From assembly GCA_918797485.1 (NCBI GenBank), contig CAKKNE010000002.1, positions 620,001 through 684,000 of the forward strand: a DNA stretch of 64,000 bases, given 5' to 3'. Under the pieces are notes generated by a model. That model had not been told where the DNA came from. It ran no database searches and saw only the letters and a list, made by a program, of their open reading frames with translations. This DNA comes from Pelagomonas calceolata. Lineage: Eukaryota. The stretch's first letter is position 1. Each line of letters opens with the position of its first letter. This document shows, one piece after another, positions 1 through 11,406 of the stretch. Position numbers and translations under genes: made by a program.

Positions 1-3000
1 GTAGATGCCGGAGGCCAGCGCGGCGGGAGCGTCGATTGCGGAGGCGGTGGAGGTCTCGACGCGCGGCGTGCATGTCCCCGCGCCTGCGGCGTTGGGTTGG
101 CCCGCTTGTTGGCGAGCTCCGCCTCGATCATCTTCTTGAGGATGGACCCGGCCCGCCCGCCCTGACCGTACTTCCCGTCTCCGAGATCTTTCGCGACGGC
201 AAACTTTTTGTTGAGCGACTGCACGTCCAACGAATCCAGTTTCCTCTCTTCCACCCTACCGTCAATCGGCTTGCCGTCGTCGCCGATTTCAGTAAACTCA
301 ATCTTGGGCTTCTGCAAACCCTTGATGTCCGTGACGCAGTAGCGTGGGCCAGGTTCGAACTGATAAGAGCGTGTACTCCCACCTCCTGGCATCCCCTTCC
401 TCCCAAGAGGCGTAGCTAACACGAACTCTGAAGTCGTGCCGGCTTCACGCTCTGGACCCCTCTGCGAATCTATGGCAATCTGTCGAACATTGTCCTGGCG
501 CTCATCCTGGGCCGTCGGTCGCTCCGGTCCGAGCAGCGCGATCCTACGTGGAAATGAACCAGTGAGAGTCGCGTCGAGGCCCGTCGAAGTCATGAAATGT
601 CCACACTGGTAAACTACGGGGCGTAGCTGATCACATCGCCGACGCGCGACGCAAAGATGGGAAACAGTAGGCCGCTTCCAGTCATCGCCGGACTGATCTT
701 GCCCAGTAAAGCTTCTACGTCCGCTTCGAGCGTGCGCGGCGACGGCGCATGTTCGCGGGGACGTGCGGCGGCCGGCGCCGGAGCGGGCGCAGGTGCCGGG
801 GCTGGTGCCGGGGCAGGAGCGCGTCGGGCTTCTCTTAGGGCGGCCGGTCCGCCACGCGTGCGAGCGGAAACTCCAATAGCGGAACGTCGCGCCGTCTTCA
901 ACGCTGCCTTCGTAGCATGCGCCTTCCGTGCAGCTTCCGATCGTTTCGCCGCCGCCCCAGGCGATTCTTCCAGTCTCAGAGCGTCCGCTGCGCCCGCGAC
1001 GGCGTGCGCGAAGAGGTCCTCGACGACTCGGCGTAGCAGACCAGGGGTCTCGGACGCGTCCAGCGCGATGGCCGGGAGCTGACCGGCTTGGCGTTTCTTC
1101 ACACGGCGGAGGACGCCCTCGAGTGCTTCCAATAACTGTTGTTGATGTAACCCCCCCTCCTCCGAGAAGCCGCTGATAACAAGATTCGTCGCGGCGCCCG
1201 ATTCCCGTCGCACCAAGCACGAGCCAAAGTCCACATCAAACGCCGTGGTATGAGTCTTGAGAACCGTCGTCGCGAGCGAGAAGAAGATGCCCCGCAGAGG
1301 TAGCAGAGTAAAGGCCAGAAATGGGTTCGACATTAGAAGTAGGCCGTGGATCGTGTTGGCGCCGTCGCGCGACGAGTACTGGAGCGTCGGCGACGCACCG
1401 GCGACATCCGCGCGTCTCGGCGACGCATAGCCGTGGAGCTTGACCATGAGAGCGTTTGAACCGTGAATGATCGATATAGGGATTCTGCGCGTCGCGCCGG
1501 CGACGCCGACGCGCACCTCTATCAATGCGTTGAACGCAACACCACTTGTTGGTCGCGCGAGCAGGCGCATGCCCGCCTTTTCAAAAACGCGAGCGATGAG
1601 AGACTGCGCCAGCATGCGTTCCAGAACATCCTTGGCGCACAATGACATGGCCATCTCGTTCATGACTAGGCATGCCCAATAACAGCGCGCCTTGAGCGAG
1701 TCGTTCGGTTCGATCTTCATCACCCGCACCCTAGCTAACGTCGCAGTCGTCGCCTCGAGCACGACGACCTTGCAGTTCTCGCCGTCGACGTGGAAATCCT
1801 CGTTCTCGAGCACGTAGACCACCGGTCGATCGTCGTCCTCTCTACACATCATCGACTCCATCTCGTTGCGTTGGGGTGATGTTTTCTGGCCGTCCTCGCC
1901 AGTATAGCCGCAGTCCGTCCATTCCCTCACAATCGCCCCGTACGTCGCGTTCTGTGGCGCGAGGTTCGAGCGGTTCAGTTGCTGACGGTTGGCATACCAC
2001 GCCGCCGAGCAGAGCTGCATGACGAACGCAGTCTTGGCGCGGCGGTCGTAGCCAGGCGACGCCCGCGACACTCCTCCAGCGCGCCTGTGCGGAAATCAAA
2101 GTTCATGTGCTGAATCATCGCGTCGACCTCCACGCCGTCGACGCGGCGTCTGTTCACACTGGAGCGCACAGGAAGCCATCAATGAACTCGCGCTCCTCGT
2201 CACCCCACTCGTCGTGTTGGTGCTTCCGTTGAAAGTCTTCGTAGGACATGTCGAACATGTCCCTCATCGATTTGACGTCGTAGCCCGTGATGACTTCGAT
2301 GGGGAACTTGAGGGACAGCTCATCATCCGCATCTCGGAAGTTGTCCAGCGCTAGAGCAGCGTCCAGCTTCGTGGCGAGCCGGTCCGACGACTGCGAGAGC
2401 AAGCCCAGGTAGAGCGGGCTTTGAGTACTAATGTTGAGGTTGACGTACAACAGCTTCTCGCCGATCCCGTCGAAGCTTAAATTAGCGGCCTTGACGTCTC
2501 GGTGGTTCTCGAAGGCCTCGACGGAATCGAAGGAGACTGACTCGTCCTCAATGAACGTGCCACTGCACTCGATTTTTCCCAACTGGCCGTCGGGTTTAAC
2601 GAAGATCTTGATGTCGTAGAATGCGTACTTGACGTGGGAGGAATTGCCCAGCTCCTCGCCCTCCTCGTCACCGTCAACAAACCCGGGATGCTTGCAGTAA
2701 AACACATGGTCGCCGCTCGTACTGACGGTGAAGTGGACATGCGCGCTCTTCGTGCAACGGGCCTTCCGAAAACCGTTCCGGATGAGGTGCTCCGAACCCA
2801 CCAGTCGACCGAGCGCTTTGGTGGACATGTACGCGAGCCGTTTGCCTCGAGGATCGAGGAAAACCAACGGCATGCCGTCGGCCTGTTCTATCTCGAGACG
2901 CGCCAGGGCCAATTCCCTTCCTGACCAACCTTTGCGATCCGCCTCGGCGAGCCACTTCGATTGATTCAAAAGGTACTCCGCGCCGAGCATATTATTCAAA

Positions 3001-3812
3001 TCCTTTGTTTCGAGACGAAGCCGGCCATATCTTGAGTCAGAGCAGCGCGCCGCAATCCTATGTATTACAGTGTCTGTGGTGTATAGGACCCGCTTGAACT
3101 CAATCGGTTGCACGGACTCATTTGCCACGTCGGCCCAGGCGAAGTCCCAGCCCAGTAACTTGAGCGTGTTACAATGGGCGCGGCGTCCGAGCGCGTCCAC
3201 GACGTCGTTGCGCAACGTGTCCTCGTTTTGAGGGTCGCCGTGGTCGATGCTCTCATCGAGGACCCTCCAGACCCTCTTCTCATCTGCTGACGCAAGCTTC
3301 TTCAGTACCATGCCCTTCGTGCTGGCGCCGCCGAGCATGCGGCCGAATGGACGGTGGCGGCGCGCGCTCCCCGCGACGACTGCGAGCGACGTCTCCGTGA
3401 TCGGCGCCTCGCGCGTCGACGGCGTGTCTGGCGCCGCGAGCGCGTTCTTTAGAGATGCGTGGACGCGCAGAACGTCGTGGCCGTTGCGCGTCGGGTCGTC
3501 GCCAGGCGCTTTACGAGCGTCGCGGAGCGTGTCGGCCCCGCCGCACGCCATCTCCTCGACGCCGTCTAGCGACGCGCGCGAAGTGTGGTTGCCGCCTAGA
3601 CGACGGGCACGTCTCTCGACGGGCTCGGCGCCCGCCGCGCCCTCCAGCCCGGCGGCCGCGGGTGTCGCGCCGTGCGTCTTGTCGAGCCGCGGCGGGCCGC
3701 CGGAGAGGAGCGACGAGCAGGAGGGCGGCGCATCGGCGGCGCGCAGCGCGTAACGCGGCCCGACGAGGCCGAACGACGGCGTCGAGATGCCCTCCGCCGC
3801 GACGCCGCGCAT
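1..3812 (-). CDS. Large hypothetical protein (>1200 aa), 3+ exons: 3812-2170, 2084-618, 543-<1; runs off the left edge
   Basis: Removing introns 2085-2169 and 544-617 joins track ORFs 2154..4220 and 614..2071 and a stop-free frame at 543-1 (junctions DGFL|RAGGVSRASPG and ISYAP|IALLGPER). Start taken at caacaATG (3812); an upstream start is possible. No family recognised. Confidence 0.7.
544..617 (-). mobile_element. Degenerate introner-derived GT-AG intron (74 nt), element in reverse orientation
   Basis: Minus strand cc|GTAGTTTAC cagtgtggac...ctcactggttcatttccacgtAG|g. The acceptor end matches the family TIR plus ccagtgag. Splicing removes the TAG of ORF 614..2071 and keeps frame. TSD no longer recognisable. 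Confidence 0.7.
2085..2169 (-). mobile_element. Introner intron (85 nt, GT-AG)
   Basis: TSD gtgcgctc/gcgcgctg; ends ttgatttccgcacag; internal cgcgtcgacggcgtggagg core; splicing fuses two ORFs in frame. Confidence 0.9.
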
Positions 3813-4328
3813 TGTTGGTTGGGATGGAGCACAGGTGGTTGCTGGCCTCTTGGGGTACGGAGAACCGCGGCGCGGCGCGGCAACGCGTCGATGGCGTCCG
3901 AGAGACACGCCACAGGTGCTGCGAGGTGCGGAGACGTCGCAGCGGTGCCGTGTGCCGAAGGTACAAAAGGCCACCACCATGGCGAGGCGGAGCGCCCCCA
4001 AACTGGTTGGTGTTCCGTGGGGCAGCTTCATGCCGCCGAAGGGCTGCCGGAAAGCGCCAGGCGTCGCCATTCGAGCTGCCCTGTGGCCTGCCTCGGCCAC
4101 AGGACAGCGCGGCAACGCTTGCCGTCCGCGCGCCGCTGCATGCAATTTGCTCGGTGCGCGCGGGTTCACTGCTTTTCGCGTCGACGGCGTTATGGGGCAG
4201 CAAAGGCCTCTGAAGACCACTCTCCCGCCGAACTAAGGGAAATAACCACGAAAACCCGCTTCGGTCCGAAGGTCCACGCGGCGATCGCCGAGGAAATGTA
4301 TAAGACCATTTAGTGTTACACAGCACAA

Positions 4329-5588
4329 TCAGTAGTATTCCTTCACGCTGTCGGCGAGGAACTGGGCGAACGCGACGGGCAGGCGGGGCAGCCGCTTCGC
4401 GAGCGGCGGGATCGTCTCGCCGTAATCCACGAGCGCGTCGGCGCGCGCGCAGCCCCGCGGCACGTCCAGGGGCTCGTCCCAGGCGGGCTCGACGAAGAGC
4501 GCGAAGGCCTCCCGGGAGCACGAAGCGAGTTCGCCGGCCTGGACGGCGTGGGGCGTCGCCATGAGCGCCCCGGCCGTGAGGATCTGGGCCGCCTCGCCGA
4601 TCTGGAACAGCACCGACCCGCGCGGCGGCGCGACGCGGTGCTCGGCGCCGGACCGCGACAGGGCGGTGAGGCCGGCGCCCGGCGGGGCGGGAACCTCGCT
4701 GCCCGCCGCGTCGTAGAAGAGGGCCGGCGCGAGCGCCGTGATGATCGAGTTGTCGTTGTGCCAGCCGCACCAGGTGCCGGAGGCGTCGCGCGGGAAGTAG
4801 TGGAGCAGCCGCCCGACGTGCAGACGCGACCGGTCGACGACGGCCGACAGCGTCGTCTCGTAGGACACCCCGTGCTTCCTGAGCGCTCGCTCGGCGACGG
4901 CGTCGCAGCGCCGCAGCACGTGCCGCGACAGCGCGTGCAGGTCCCGCGACAGGTCCCGAAAGGCGTCCTCGAGCGAGTCGCCGAGCAGGTCCGGCGACGG
5001 CCACTGCGGTTCGGTCGTCGACTCGGGGTAGCGCTCCCGGAGGCTCGCGTCGTCAATATTGCTGTGGAGCCCGTTCGCGTACCAGCTCCCCTTCGCGACG
5101 TCCAGCTGGCCTCGGAACTTTTCCCGTCCGCGCGACCAGCCGGCGCAGTAGCATAGCTCGGGCCGCTCGTATCGTTTAAGGACGTCGTCCGGCAGCGTGC
5201 CGAGCTTCTGGCCGAGGCGCAGCAATCGCCGCCGTTTCTCAGTGAGTGACGGTGGAATGTTGGTCACGGCTAGCACGCCGAGGCCATTGGGACCGAACGC
5301 ACTGGCTACGGCCGCTTCGACAGCTTTTTCATCAGTGCTGTTGAGCAGGCTGTCGTAGTCTATGGTTTGAAGCACTGCTTCGGCTGCGCTGCTTGGTTCG
5401 CTCTTCACGGCCTCCGGTACTTGTTCTTCGGGCTCCTCGGGCGCGGCCGCCGCCGCGATCGCCTCGAGGGCCGCGTCGGTCGCGGCGTCTCTGGCTGCCG
5501 CCGGGCACCGTTCCAAGACATCGAACAGTTCCAGTATTAATTCTTCGCTGTTGTCCCCGGCTGCACTGCTTTTATCGAAGGCAGCCAT
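4329..5588 (-). CDS. 2-oxoglutarate/Fe(II)-dependent dioxygenase (isopenicillin N synthase-like fold)
   Basis: 419-aa ORF with RLLHYFP, WHNDNS (HxD), PHAV (distal His) and SREAFALF motifs. Confidence 0.85.
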   Translation of the reverse strand: MAAFDKSSAAGDNSEELILELFDVLERCPAAARDAATDAALEAIAAAAAPEEPEEQVPEAVKSEPSSAAEAVLQTIDYDSLLNSTDEKAVEAAVASAFGPNGLGVLAVTNIPPSLTEKRRRLLRLGQKLGTLPDDVLKRYERPELCYCAGWSRGREKFRGQLDVAKGSWYANGLHSNIDDASLRERYPESTTEPQWPSPDLLGDSLEDAFRDLSRDLHALSRHVLRRCDAVAERALRKHGVSYETTLSAVVDRSRLHVGRLLHYFPRDASGTWCGWHNDNSIITALAPALFYDAAGSEVPAPPGAGLTALSRSGAEHRVAPPRGSVLFQIGEAAQILTAGALMATPHAVQAGELASCSREAFALFVEPAWDEPLDVPRGCARADALVDYGETIPPLAKRLPRLPVAFAQFLADSVKEYY

Positions 5589-5747
5589 GGGTTAGGGGAT
5601 GCGTCGCTACCAGGCGTCACGCCTCGCACCGCTGCTCGAAGATTTCCACACGAGTGCACCGCTGCTCGAAGGCGTGCACACGGTGCTGCGAAATGCGAGA
5701 GATCACGCGTTGGAACGCTGGCCCGTTTTTTTCTTAAAGCCGGCGAG

Positions 5748-5767
5748 CTAGCGCCGTAAGACACTAG
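5748..5767 (-). promoter_or_regulatory. CTAG-box upstream motif, copy 1
   Basis: Reverse complement ctagtgtcttacggcgctag, 160 bp upstream of ATG 5588. Confidence 0.65.
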
Positions 5768-5865
5768 CATTCAATTATCTGCCTCAGCCTCAATTTTCTA
5801 GCCCTTTGCAAGTCGCAAGAGTGCGCAACTACAGGTAGAGAGTAAATACAAAACCATAAAAAACG

Positions 5866-6867
5866 TCAGAGCTCCCCGCCGTGGCCGGCCTCCGCCCCCA
5901 CCCTCTCGAAGGCGACCTTCTGCCAGTCGCCCCGATGCTTCCACCGCGCGAGGACGCGGCCCTGGTGCGTGTCCGCAAAAGTCCCGTAGTGCGTCTGCAG
6001 GAACAGCGTCTCGCCGTAGCACACCGCCGAGAGGGGGTGCGCGTCGAGCTCCTCGCCCTTGTGTATGATAAATTTCTGCCAGTCGCCCCGGTCCTTCCAC
6101 CGCGCGGCCAGCGGCGCGATCCCTCGGCCTTGGGGCGGCGGCGCGTCGATGTAGGCCGGGCCCTCGGCGCCCTCTCCGAGAAAATAGACGTAGTCGCCCG
6201 TCCACAGAGGCCCGGCCGTCCGATCCGACTCGACCTTCCAGATCTGGTGGTTCATGGTCCGGCTGTCGTGGGCGGCACTCAACAAACCGTCTTCTTGCGC
6301 GACCCAGGCCGGCGCGCCCTCGGAGCCGATAGCTCTCACGCGCACGACGTCGTCCACCAGCACGGGGTCGGCGCAGCCGTGGTGGTCGTGCTTCGCGCCG
6401 TAGTCACTATCCAACCGATGTAGATCATACAACTCCGGGTGCTCGATGATCGACGAGATCGTCCGTTTTACGGATCTATCTTTCGAGATCGCGACGTGCT
6501 GGTTGTAGCCCTTCCCTTCGTCGACGACCATCTGCCAGACCGTCTCCCCATTCTCATTCTCGACCCACCAGCGGTGGCCCTCGAAGGTCCCCGCGATGTA
6601 GGTTTGTTTGACATATCCTAAATCGGCCTGGTGCTTCCTCCCGACGCCGCCGTCCCACCACAACCGGTGGCCGCCGGCCACAGGTAAATAATTTGTGAAC
6701 GTGATCTTCACTTGTTTTTTGCCAGCGTCGGCGTGGCGCGAGTTCACCTCGCGCTTCTTGAGCGCCGCCGCGTGCTCGTGCGGGTCCTCGTGCTTGTTCA
6801 CGGCGGCCGTCGCGAGGAGCAGCGTGAGGAAGGTGGCGGGCAGCCGCATGGGTAGCGGCGCGGCCAT
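5866..6867 (-). CDS. Secretory-pathway protein with VHL-beta-like domain and C-terminal beta-trefoil/fascin-like repeats
   Basis: Signal peptide (FLTLLLATAA); ITFTN..LWWD..G..TFEGHRWWV (VHL-beta-like); ARWKxRGDWQK twice; ends GGEL (ER-retention-like). Confidence 0.7.
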   Translation of the reverse strand: MAAPLPMRLPATFLTLLLATAAVNKHEDPHEHAAALKKREVNSRHADAGKKQVKITFTNYLPVAGGHRLWWDGGVGRKHQADLGYVKQTYIAGTFEGHRWWVENENGETVWQMVVDEGKGYNQHVAISKDRSVKRTISSIIEHPELYDLHRLDSDYGAKHDHHGCADPVLVDDVVRVRAIGSEGAPAWVAQEDGLLSAAHDSRTMNHQIWKVESDRTAGPLWTGDYVYFLGEGAEGPAYIDAPPPQGRGIAPLAARWKDRGDWQKFIIHKGEELDAHPLSAVCYGETLFLQTHYGTFADTHQGRVLARWKHRGDWQKVAFERVGAEAGHGGEL

Positions 6868-7082
6868 GCTGCACGCGTGGGGTGCGATCGGCTGTGGGTG
6901 TCAGCGGCTGTCGATTGCAGTCGGTGTGGGGGCGATTGACGCAGCCGCTGCCCGTGAACGCTGCCCGAGGACTCTCCGTCGAGCTATGCGTGCCACAGCG
7001 ACTCGCCTGCGGCCAGAAACGATTCCACAATGTGCTTTCTTCGCGGAGCTGCCTGTCACAGCCGAAAAATTTCACGTGTTTT

Positions 7083-7100
7083 CTAGTGTCTTACCGCTAG
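7083..7100 (+). promoter_or_regulatory. CTAG-box upstream motif, copy 2
   Basis: ctagtgtcttaccgctag, 216 bp upstream of ATG 6867 (minus-strand gene). Confidence 0.65.
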
Positions 7101-7311
7101 TTCGCAAGTAGTTTCGGTTTTGGGGGGGCTAGCACCGTGTCACGATGAAGTAATTGAGCAAAGAAACCGCGAAACTGTCCAGCTAAGACGAAAGTAAACC
7201 ATTGTGAAAGACGCGGCCCGCGCCGCCCGCCGACCGAGGAATCGACCGTCGTGCACGAGAGTGCTCACTACGGCAAGGAAGTACCGACACATGGAGTTAC
7301 ACAAACAAACA

Positions 7312-10300
7312 CTACTGCGGGCCGATGTGGTGCCGCGGCCGCCGAGGACGACGAGGAGGAGGAGGCTTCCGAGGCTCCTCGCCGCCGTGGTGGCCCCGCC
7401 TCTCAACACCCTTCTTCGGCGGCTCGCGGCGCCGCAGCACGGCCGCGACCTGGCGGAAGGCCTTCGGGAGGGGCGGCCGGAACAGCGCCATGCGCACCTC
7501 CGTCGCCACCGCCAACGTCTCCTCGAGGTTCACGACGCCGTGCCCCCACATCTCCGGGACGACCGCGACGTCGCCGGCCCGCTGCACGCATGTTAATGGA
7601 GAAGGCTGGCCGTCTTTTTCTAGTTCAGAGCGGTCGTCCTCGTCCCATTTTCGGATCTGTTCGTTCGACATCAACGCATAAGCCGGCGGGTAGACCAACC
7701 ACTTTTTAGCACCATAAACGCACGCGTTCCAGGCCGTGTTGTGAAAGTGCTGCGGCGCGCCGCTCGCGGGCCCGCCCAGCGCCCACTGGAGGTTCACGAA
7801 GGGCCAGGCGCGGTCGTAGGGGTCCTCCGGCACTTTTGAGTCGTGGGAAGCCCACCTGTCTTCATATTTGAGAGGAGCGTGCCGCTGACTGGGCGTGTGC
7901 CGGTGCGCGTCGAAGGCCGACGCCGCCTCGAAGGCGCCGTACAACGACGGTGGAGTTGGGGATTGTGAAGGGTCGACGAACCACGACTCGGTGTCGTGTA
8001 TCCTATCCTTGGGGGGCATCTTCGCCACGGGGTGGCCCCGAAATACATACCAGGGGTAGCGTTCATTGTCAAGTGACGTCTTGTGCGAGGCCATATCGCT
8101 CACATAGTGGCGAAGGGCCATATCCCTTTGCACCTCGTGGTGGCCGTCGGCGTGCGCACTGAACTTCGTCGCGTAGGGGATCGCGCTCACCGTGACCGTC
8201 GACGCGCCGTGCGCTTGGAGGAGCTTGTCCCGCGTCATCTCGTCCAGAGCCCAGGTCTCGTCTATGAGACCTCTGATGACAAAAGGCCGGTTCTGCGCGA
8301 GTCTAGCCAATATCTCTGCAGAAGAAGCGTCCTTTTCTAGAATTTCAAAGTCGCACTCCCGGTAGGCTTTGTTGAGCGCCGCGTCCGACTTTGGAGGGGA
8401 GCCTTTGCCATACAGCAGCTCGGAGAGCTCCGCTCGCGACGCTGTTTCCCAGCCGCCTCGGCCTCGCTCGCCGGCCGCGTCCGGCGCGTCTTCACTAGCA
8501 TTGTCCGGCGCGTCCATCGATGCGGAGCCGTCGTCGCCGATCTCGTCGGCGGGGTCGCTCCGGAGCAATCCACCTAATAACCGCGACAGGCGCCTCCTCA
8601 GCACCTCGGGCGCGTCGGCCTCGGTCGCATCATTAACGACCGCATTCACGTCATCGTCCTCGGCCTTGAACGGGAGGGACGCCCTTAACGGCGCGCCCTT
8701 GCCCCCCGCGAGCATGGATAGGTCGTGGCCGTGGCCGTCCTTGATCTTGGGGTCCGCGCCGCGCTCCAATAAAGCGACGACGCTTCTGCCTTGCCCATGT
8801 AACGCCGCGACGTGGAGCGGCGTTGACATATGAGGCGCATCTCGTATGTCCAGGTCCGCCCCGCCCTCGGAAAGAGCTATCAACGCATCTCCAAACCCCG
8901 CCGCGGCACAATAATGCGCCGGCGTCCGCCCTAGACCATCAAGCGCGTTCGGGTCGCCGCCGTGTGCGAGTAGTAGGCGCACGACCCGTAAAGCAGCACC
9001 ACCTAACGCCTGTCTTATGTGGAGCTGGCCGTAGGTCGTGTCCCCCTTGTGTTGCAGGACGCGGTGGCCCAACGACGAACTACCGCGCTCGATCGCCTTG
9101 TCCAACGGGTGCCCCGTGTTCGCTAACAACGCGAAGACAAACGAATGCTTCATGGAGTCGCCCCAGGTCATGGTCTGGCAGGCCACGTGCAAGGGGGACG
9201 CGCCCGGGCCCTTCCCGAGGCCCTCCGTCGCGTTCGCGTCCAAGCCGTGGTCCAGGAGGACCTTGAGGACCGGCTCATCTAAAGTTAATGCAGCAACTGA
9301 AAGGACGTCGCCGACGTTGGTTACGGCCCCGTCCTTGAGGTATTCGGCAACACCATGAGCGTCGCCCGCCGCGACCAAAGCAACGAGGCTCTGCTGCTGC
9401 GGTGGAGGGGGCTTTGGCTTGCCGCGTTGGGCGCGATCGTCCAGCTTGTGCCTCGCGACGTCCTCGCTCGAGACGCCGCCGCCGCCGGTCTCGACGTCCT
9501 TCCACAAAAATTTCTCGTCGTCCAGTAACGACGCGAGGCGTTCGTTGAGCGGCCGGAAGAAGGCCCGCAACACCGTTGACGTGTCGGCGCGCATCGGCGG
9601 CCGCTCCGCCTTCGCGCCGTTCGCCCGAGCTTCTACGACCTCCTCGTCTAAGGAACGGGCCACGCTCGCGTCCAGATTCAAGAAAGCATAGACTCGACCG
9701 AGCTCGTCCCTCAAACCAGCGTCGTCCTGCCTATCTTCCAACCTTAGTACAAGTAGTTGAGAGCGGGGATACGCATCGAGCCACCGCCCGACGAACGCCG
9801 CGTAGACCGACGCCCCCAGCCGCCCTCTTCCATTAAGTCCGAAGTGCATGCGGTCATAAACACAAGTTTGAACCGCTTCGAGGGACCACTCGTACCTCGG
9901 GTTGACGTTCTGTTGCTGCTCGAAGGCGTCGAAGCACAGCTCCAACGCCTTGACGTCCTTGAGAATTTTCGAGTGGAAGTCGTCGGCCGACTGGAGAGGT
10001 TGCTGCTTGCCTTTTATGGGCCGGCCCGCCACGCCTTCCGACGTGAGGAACCAGTAGTCGGAGTAGGTCCTGCGGGAAGGTTCGGCGAGCGAGACGATGA
10101 GCTTGGCTTCTGGTACCATAAAATGTAAAAGTTGGGGCACGGGCACCATCTTCGAGTCGACGCCGTCGTGGCGCTGCGTCGACCACCAGAGCGTGTGGGG
10201 CCCGCCGTCGAGCACGGTCAGCGCCTCGCCGGCCTGGATCCGCCTGGACACGTCCCGGTGGCTCCTACTAAATTCGTCGAGGCGCGTGTGCGCATCTATA

Positions 10301-10986
10301 TAACCCTCGCGCGGCGCGCCGAACTCGCCTCTCGTAAAAAATCTCGTTTCCTTCCGCCGCGCGGCCGCCGCGGATGGATGGGAAGTGACGAGCCGCCACA
10401 AATCCGACGTGCCGGCCTTCGGCGCACCTAACAAATAGACGCGCGGGACGCAGCTCAACTCAGAATCGATCGTGTAGCAGAACGACCCCGGCGTCTCCTT
10501 CTCGTGCGCGCGCGCCGCGTCTACGTCCGCCGCGAGCGCCGGGTGCCTTTCCCTAATTTGGGCTTCATCAAAATCAACGAGGTCCGCCGGCCAGCCTACC
10601 GTTGAATCGTCGTCGAGGCCGAGGGCGCTTCCGATAACGTGCGTGCTCGGCTTTGGGCGCGGCGGCGGCGGCGGTGGACCTGTATTGTCGACGGCCACAA
10701 CCGTGGGCGTCAGGCCGGAGATGCGCGCGGCGAGCGCCACCGCGAGGCCGGCGTGGACGAGCAGCGCCGCCGGGCGGGCGCCCGGCCGCGCGCGCTCGAC
10801 GCCCAGGCCGGCGACGCCGCCGGCGACGAGGCGCCAGTCGCCGAGCGCGTAGCCGAGCGCGAGGCACGCGGTGCTGAGGGCGTAGCAGCACAGCACGAGG
10901 AGGATCGTGCCCCGCCGGCGCTTCCGCCGCTCGCGCGGGTGCGGCGCCCTCCGCGTCGGCAGCGCTTGGCGTCTGGAACGCATCAT
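7312..10986 (-). CDS. Membrane-anchored sulfotransferase - ankyrin repeat - JmjC/cupin fusion protein
   Basis: N-terminal TM (ILLVLCCYALSTACLALGYAL); PAPS motifs LGAPKAGTSDLW, KETRFF, EPSRRTYSDY; ankyrin repeats (GRTPAHYCAAAG, STPLHVAALHG); JmjC motifs SGAPQHFH, GAKKWLVYPP, QRAGDVAVVPEMWGHGVVN. Single uninterrupted ORF. Confidence 0.85.
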   Translation of the reverse strand: MMRSRRQALPTRRAPHPRERRKRRRGTILLVLCCYALSTACLALGYALGDWRLVAGGVAGLGVERARPGARPAALLVHAGLAVALAARISGLTPTVVAVDNTGPPPPPPRPKPSTHVIGSALGLDDDSTVGWPADLVDFDEAQIRERHPALAADVDAARAHEKETPGSFCYTIDSELSCVPRVYLLGAPKAGTSDLWRLVTSHPSAAAARRKETRFFTRGEFGAPREGYIDAHTRLDEFSRSHRDVSRRIQAGEALTVLDGGPHTLWWSTQRHDGVDSKMVPVPQLLHFMVPEAKLIVSLAEPSRRTYSDYWFLTSEGVAGRPIKGKQQPLQSADDFHSKILKDVKALELCFDAFEQQQNVNPRYEWSLEAVQTCVYDRMHFGLNGRGRLGASVYAAFVGRWLDAYPRSQLLVLRLEDRQDDAGLRDELGRVYAFLNLDASVARSLDEEVVEARANGAKAERPPMRADTSTVLRAFFRPLNERLASLLDDEKFLWKDVETGGGGVSSEDVARHKLDDRAQRGKPKPPPPQQQSLVALVAAGDAHGVAEYLKDGAVTNVGDVLSVAALTLDEPVLKVLLDHGLDANATEGLGKGPGASPLHVACQTMTWGDSMKHSFVFALLANTGHPLDKAIERGSSSLGHRVLQHKGDTTYGQLHIRQALGGAALRVVRLLLAHGGDPNALDGLGRTPAHYCAAAGFGDALIALSEGGADLDIRDAPHMSTPLHVAALHGQGRSVVALLERGADPKIKDGHGHDLSMLAGGKGAPLRASLPFKAEDDDVNAVVNDATEADAPEVLRRRLSRLLGGLLRSDPADEIGDDGSASMDAPDNASEDAPDAAGERGRGGWETASRAELSELLYGKGSPPKSDAALNKAYRECDFEILEKDASSAEILARLAQNRPFVIRGLIDETWALDEMTRDKLLQAHGASTVTVSAIPYATKFSAHADGHHEVQRDMALRHYVSDMASHKTSLDNERYPWYVFRGHPVAKMPPKDRIHDTESWFVDPSQSPTPPSLYGAFEAASAFDAHRHTPSQRHAPLKYEDRWASHDSKVPEDPYDRAWPFVNLQWALGGPASGAPQHFHNTAWNACVYGAKKWLVYPPAYALMSNEQIRKWDEDDRSELEKDGQPSPLTCVQRAGDVAVVPEMWGHGVVNLEETLAVATEVRMALFRPPLPKAFRQVAAVLRRREPPKKGVERRGHHGGEEPRKPPPPRRPRRPRHHIGPQ

Positions 10987-11161
10987 TTTGCTTGCTTGGC
11001 GCCTGCTCGACGGCGCGGCGGCTGCGGTTCTCTGATTGCGCGACTTGGCTGTAGCCAGCACTCGTCTGGATGTAAAAGCGGCGTGCCGGTGGCCACAAGA
11101 GCCACGCTCGGCCGCCCGTGAGCTAGCCTTGCTGGTGTCGATTGTGGCTTGCTAGGGATGC

Positions 11162-11183
11162 CTAGTGTCTTACATGCCGCTAG
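11162..11183 (+). promoter_or_regulatory. CTAG-box upstream motif, copy 3
   Basis: ctagtgtcttacatgccgctag between divergent starts 10986 and 11407. Confidence 0.7.
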
Positions 11184-11406
11184 GCCAGTGCGGCGGCCGT
11201 GGCAAAGGACTGCTTGCTCTTACGTTGTACGCGCTTGGTCTCAGATAGCTGAGAATCCAGCGATTCAACGAGTTGCCAAAAATTCCTGCTGCATTTCCTG
11301 CTCACGGCTCATAAAACACACTTGCAGTCTTGCAGAGCATCGCCGCCTTCATAACTACCGCATAAATCGACGCGGTTTTCCGCCAGCGTGCGCAGCCGAC
11401 GCAGCA

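Noticed and set aside
770..825. (AP)n coding repeat; also the 33-bp Q-rich repeat at about 34000-34110
   Set aside because: Common low-complexity linkers with no further structure.
3511..5004. Long Arg/Ala/Pro-rich ORFs in the track (also 21056-22699, 34076-35269, 53479-54663 and many others)
   Set aside because: Off-frame or antisense shadows of real genes, expected from high GC3 and few stop codons.
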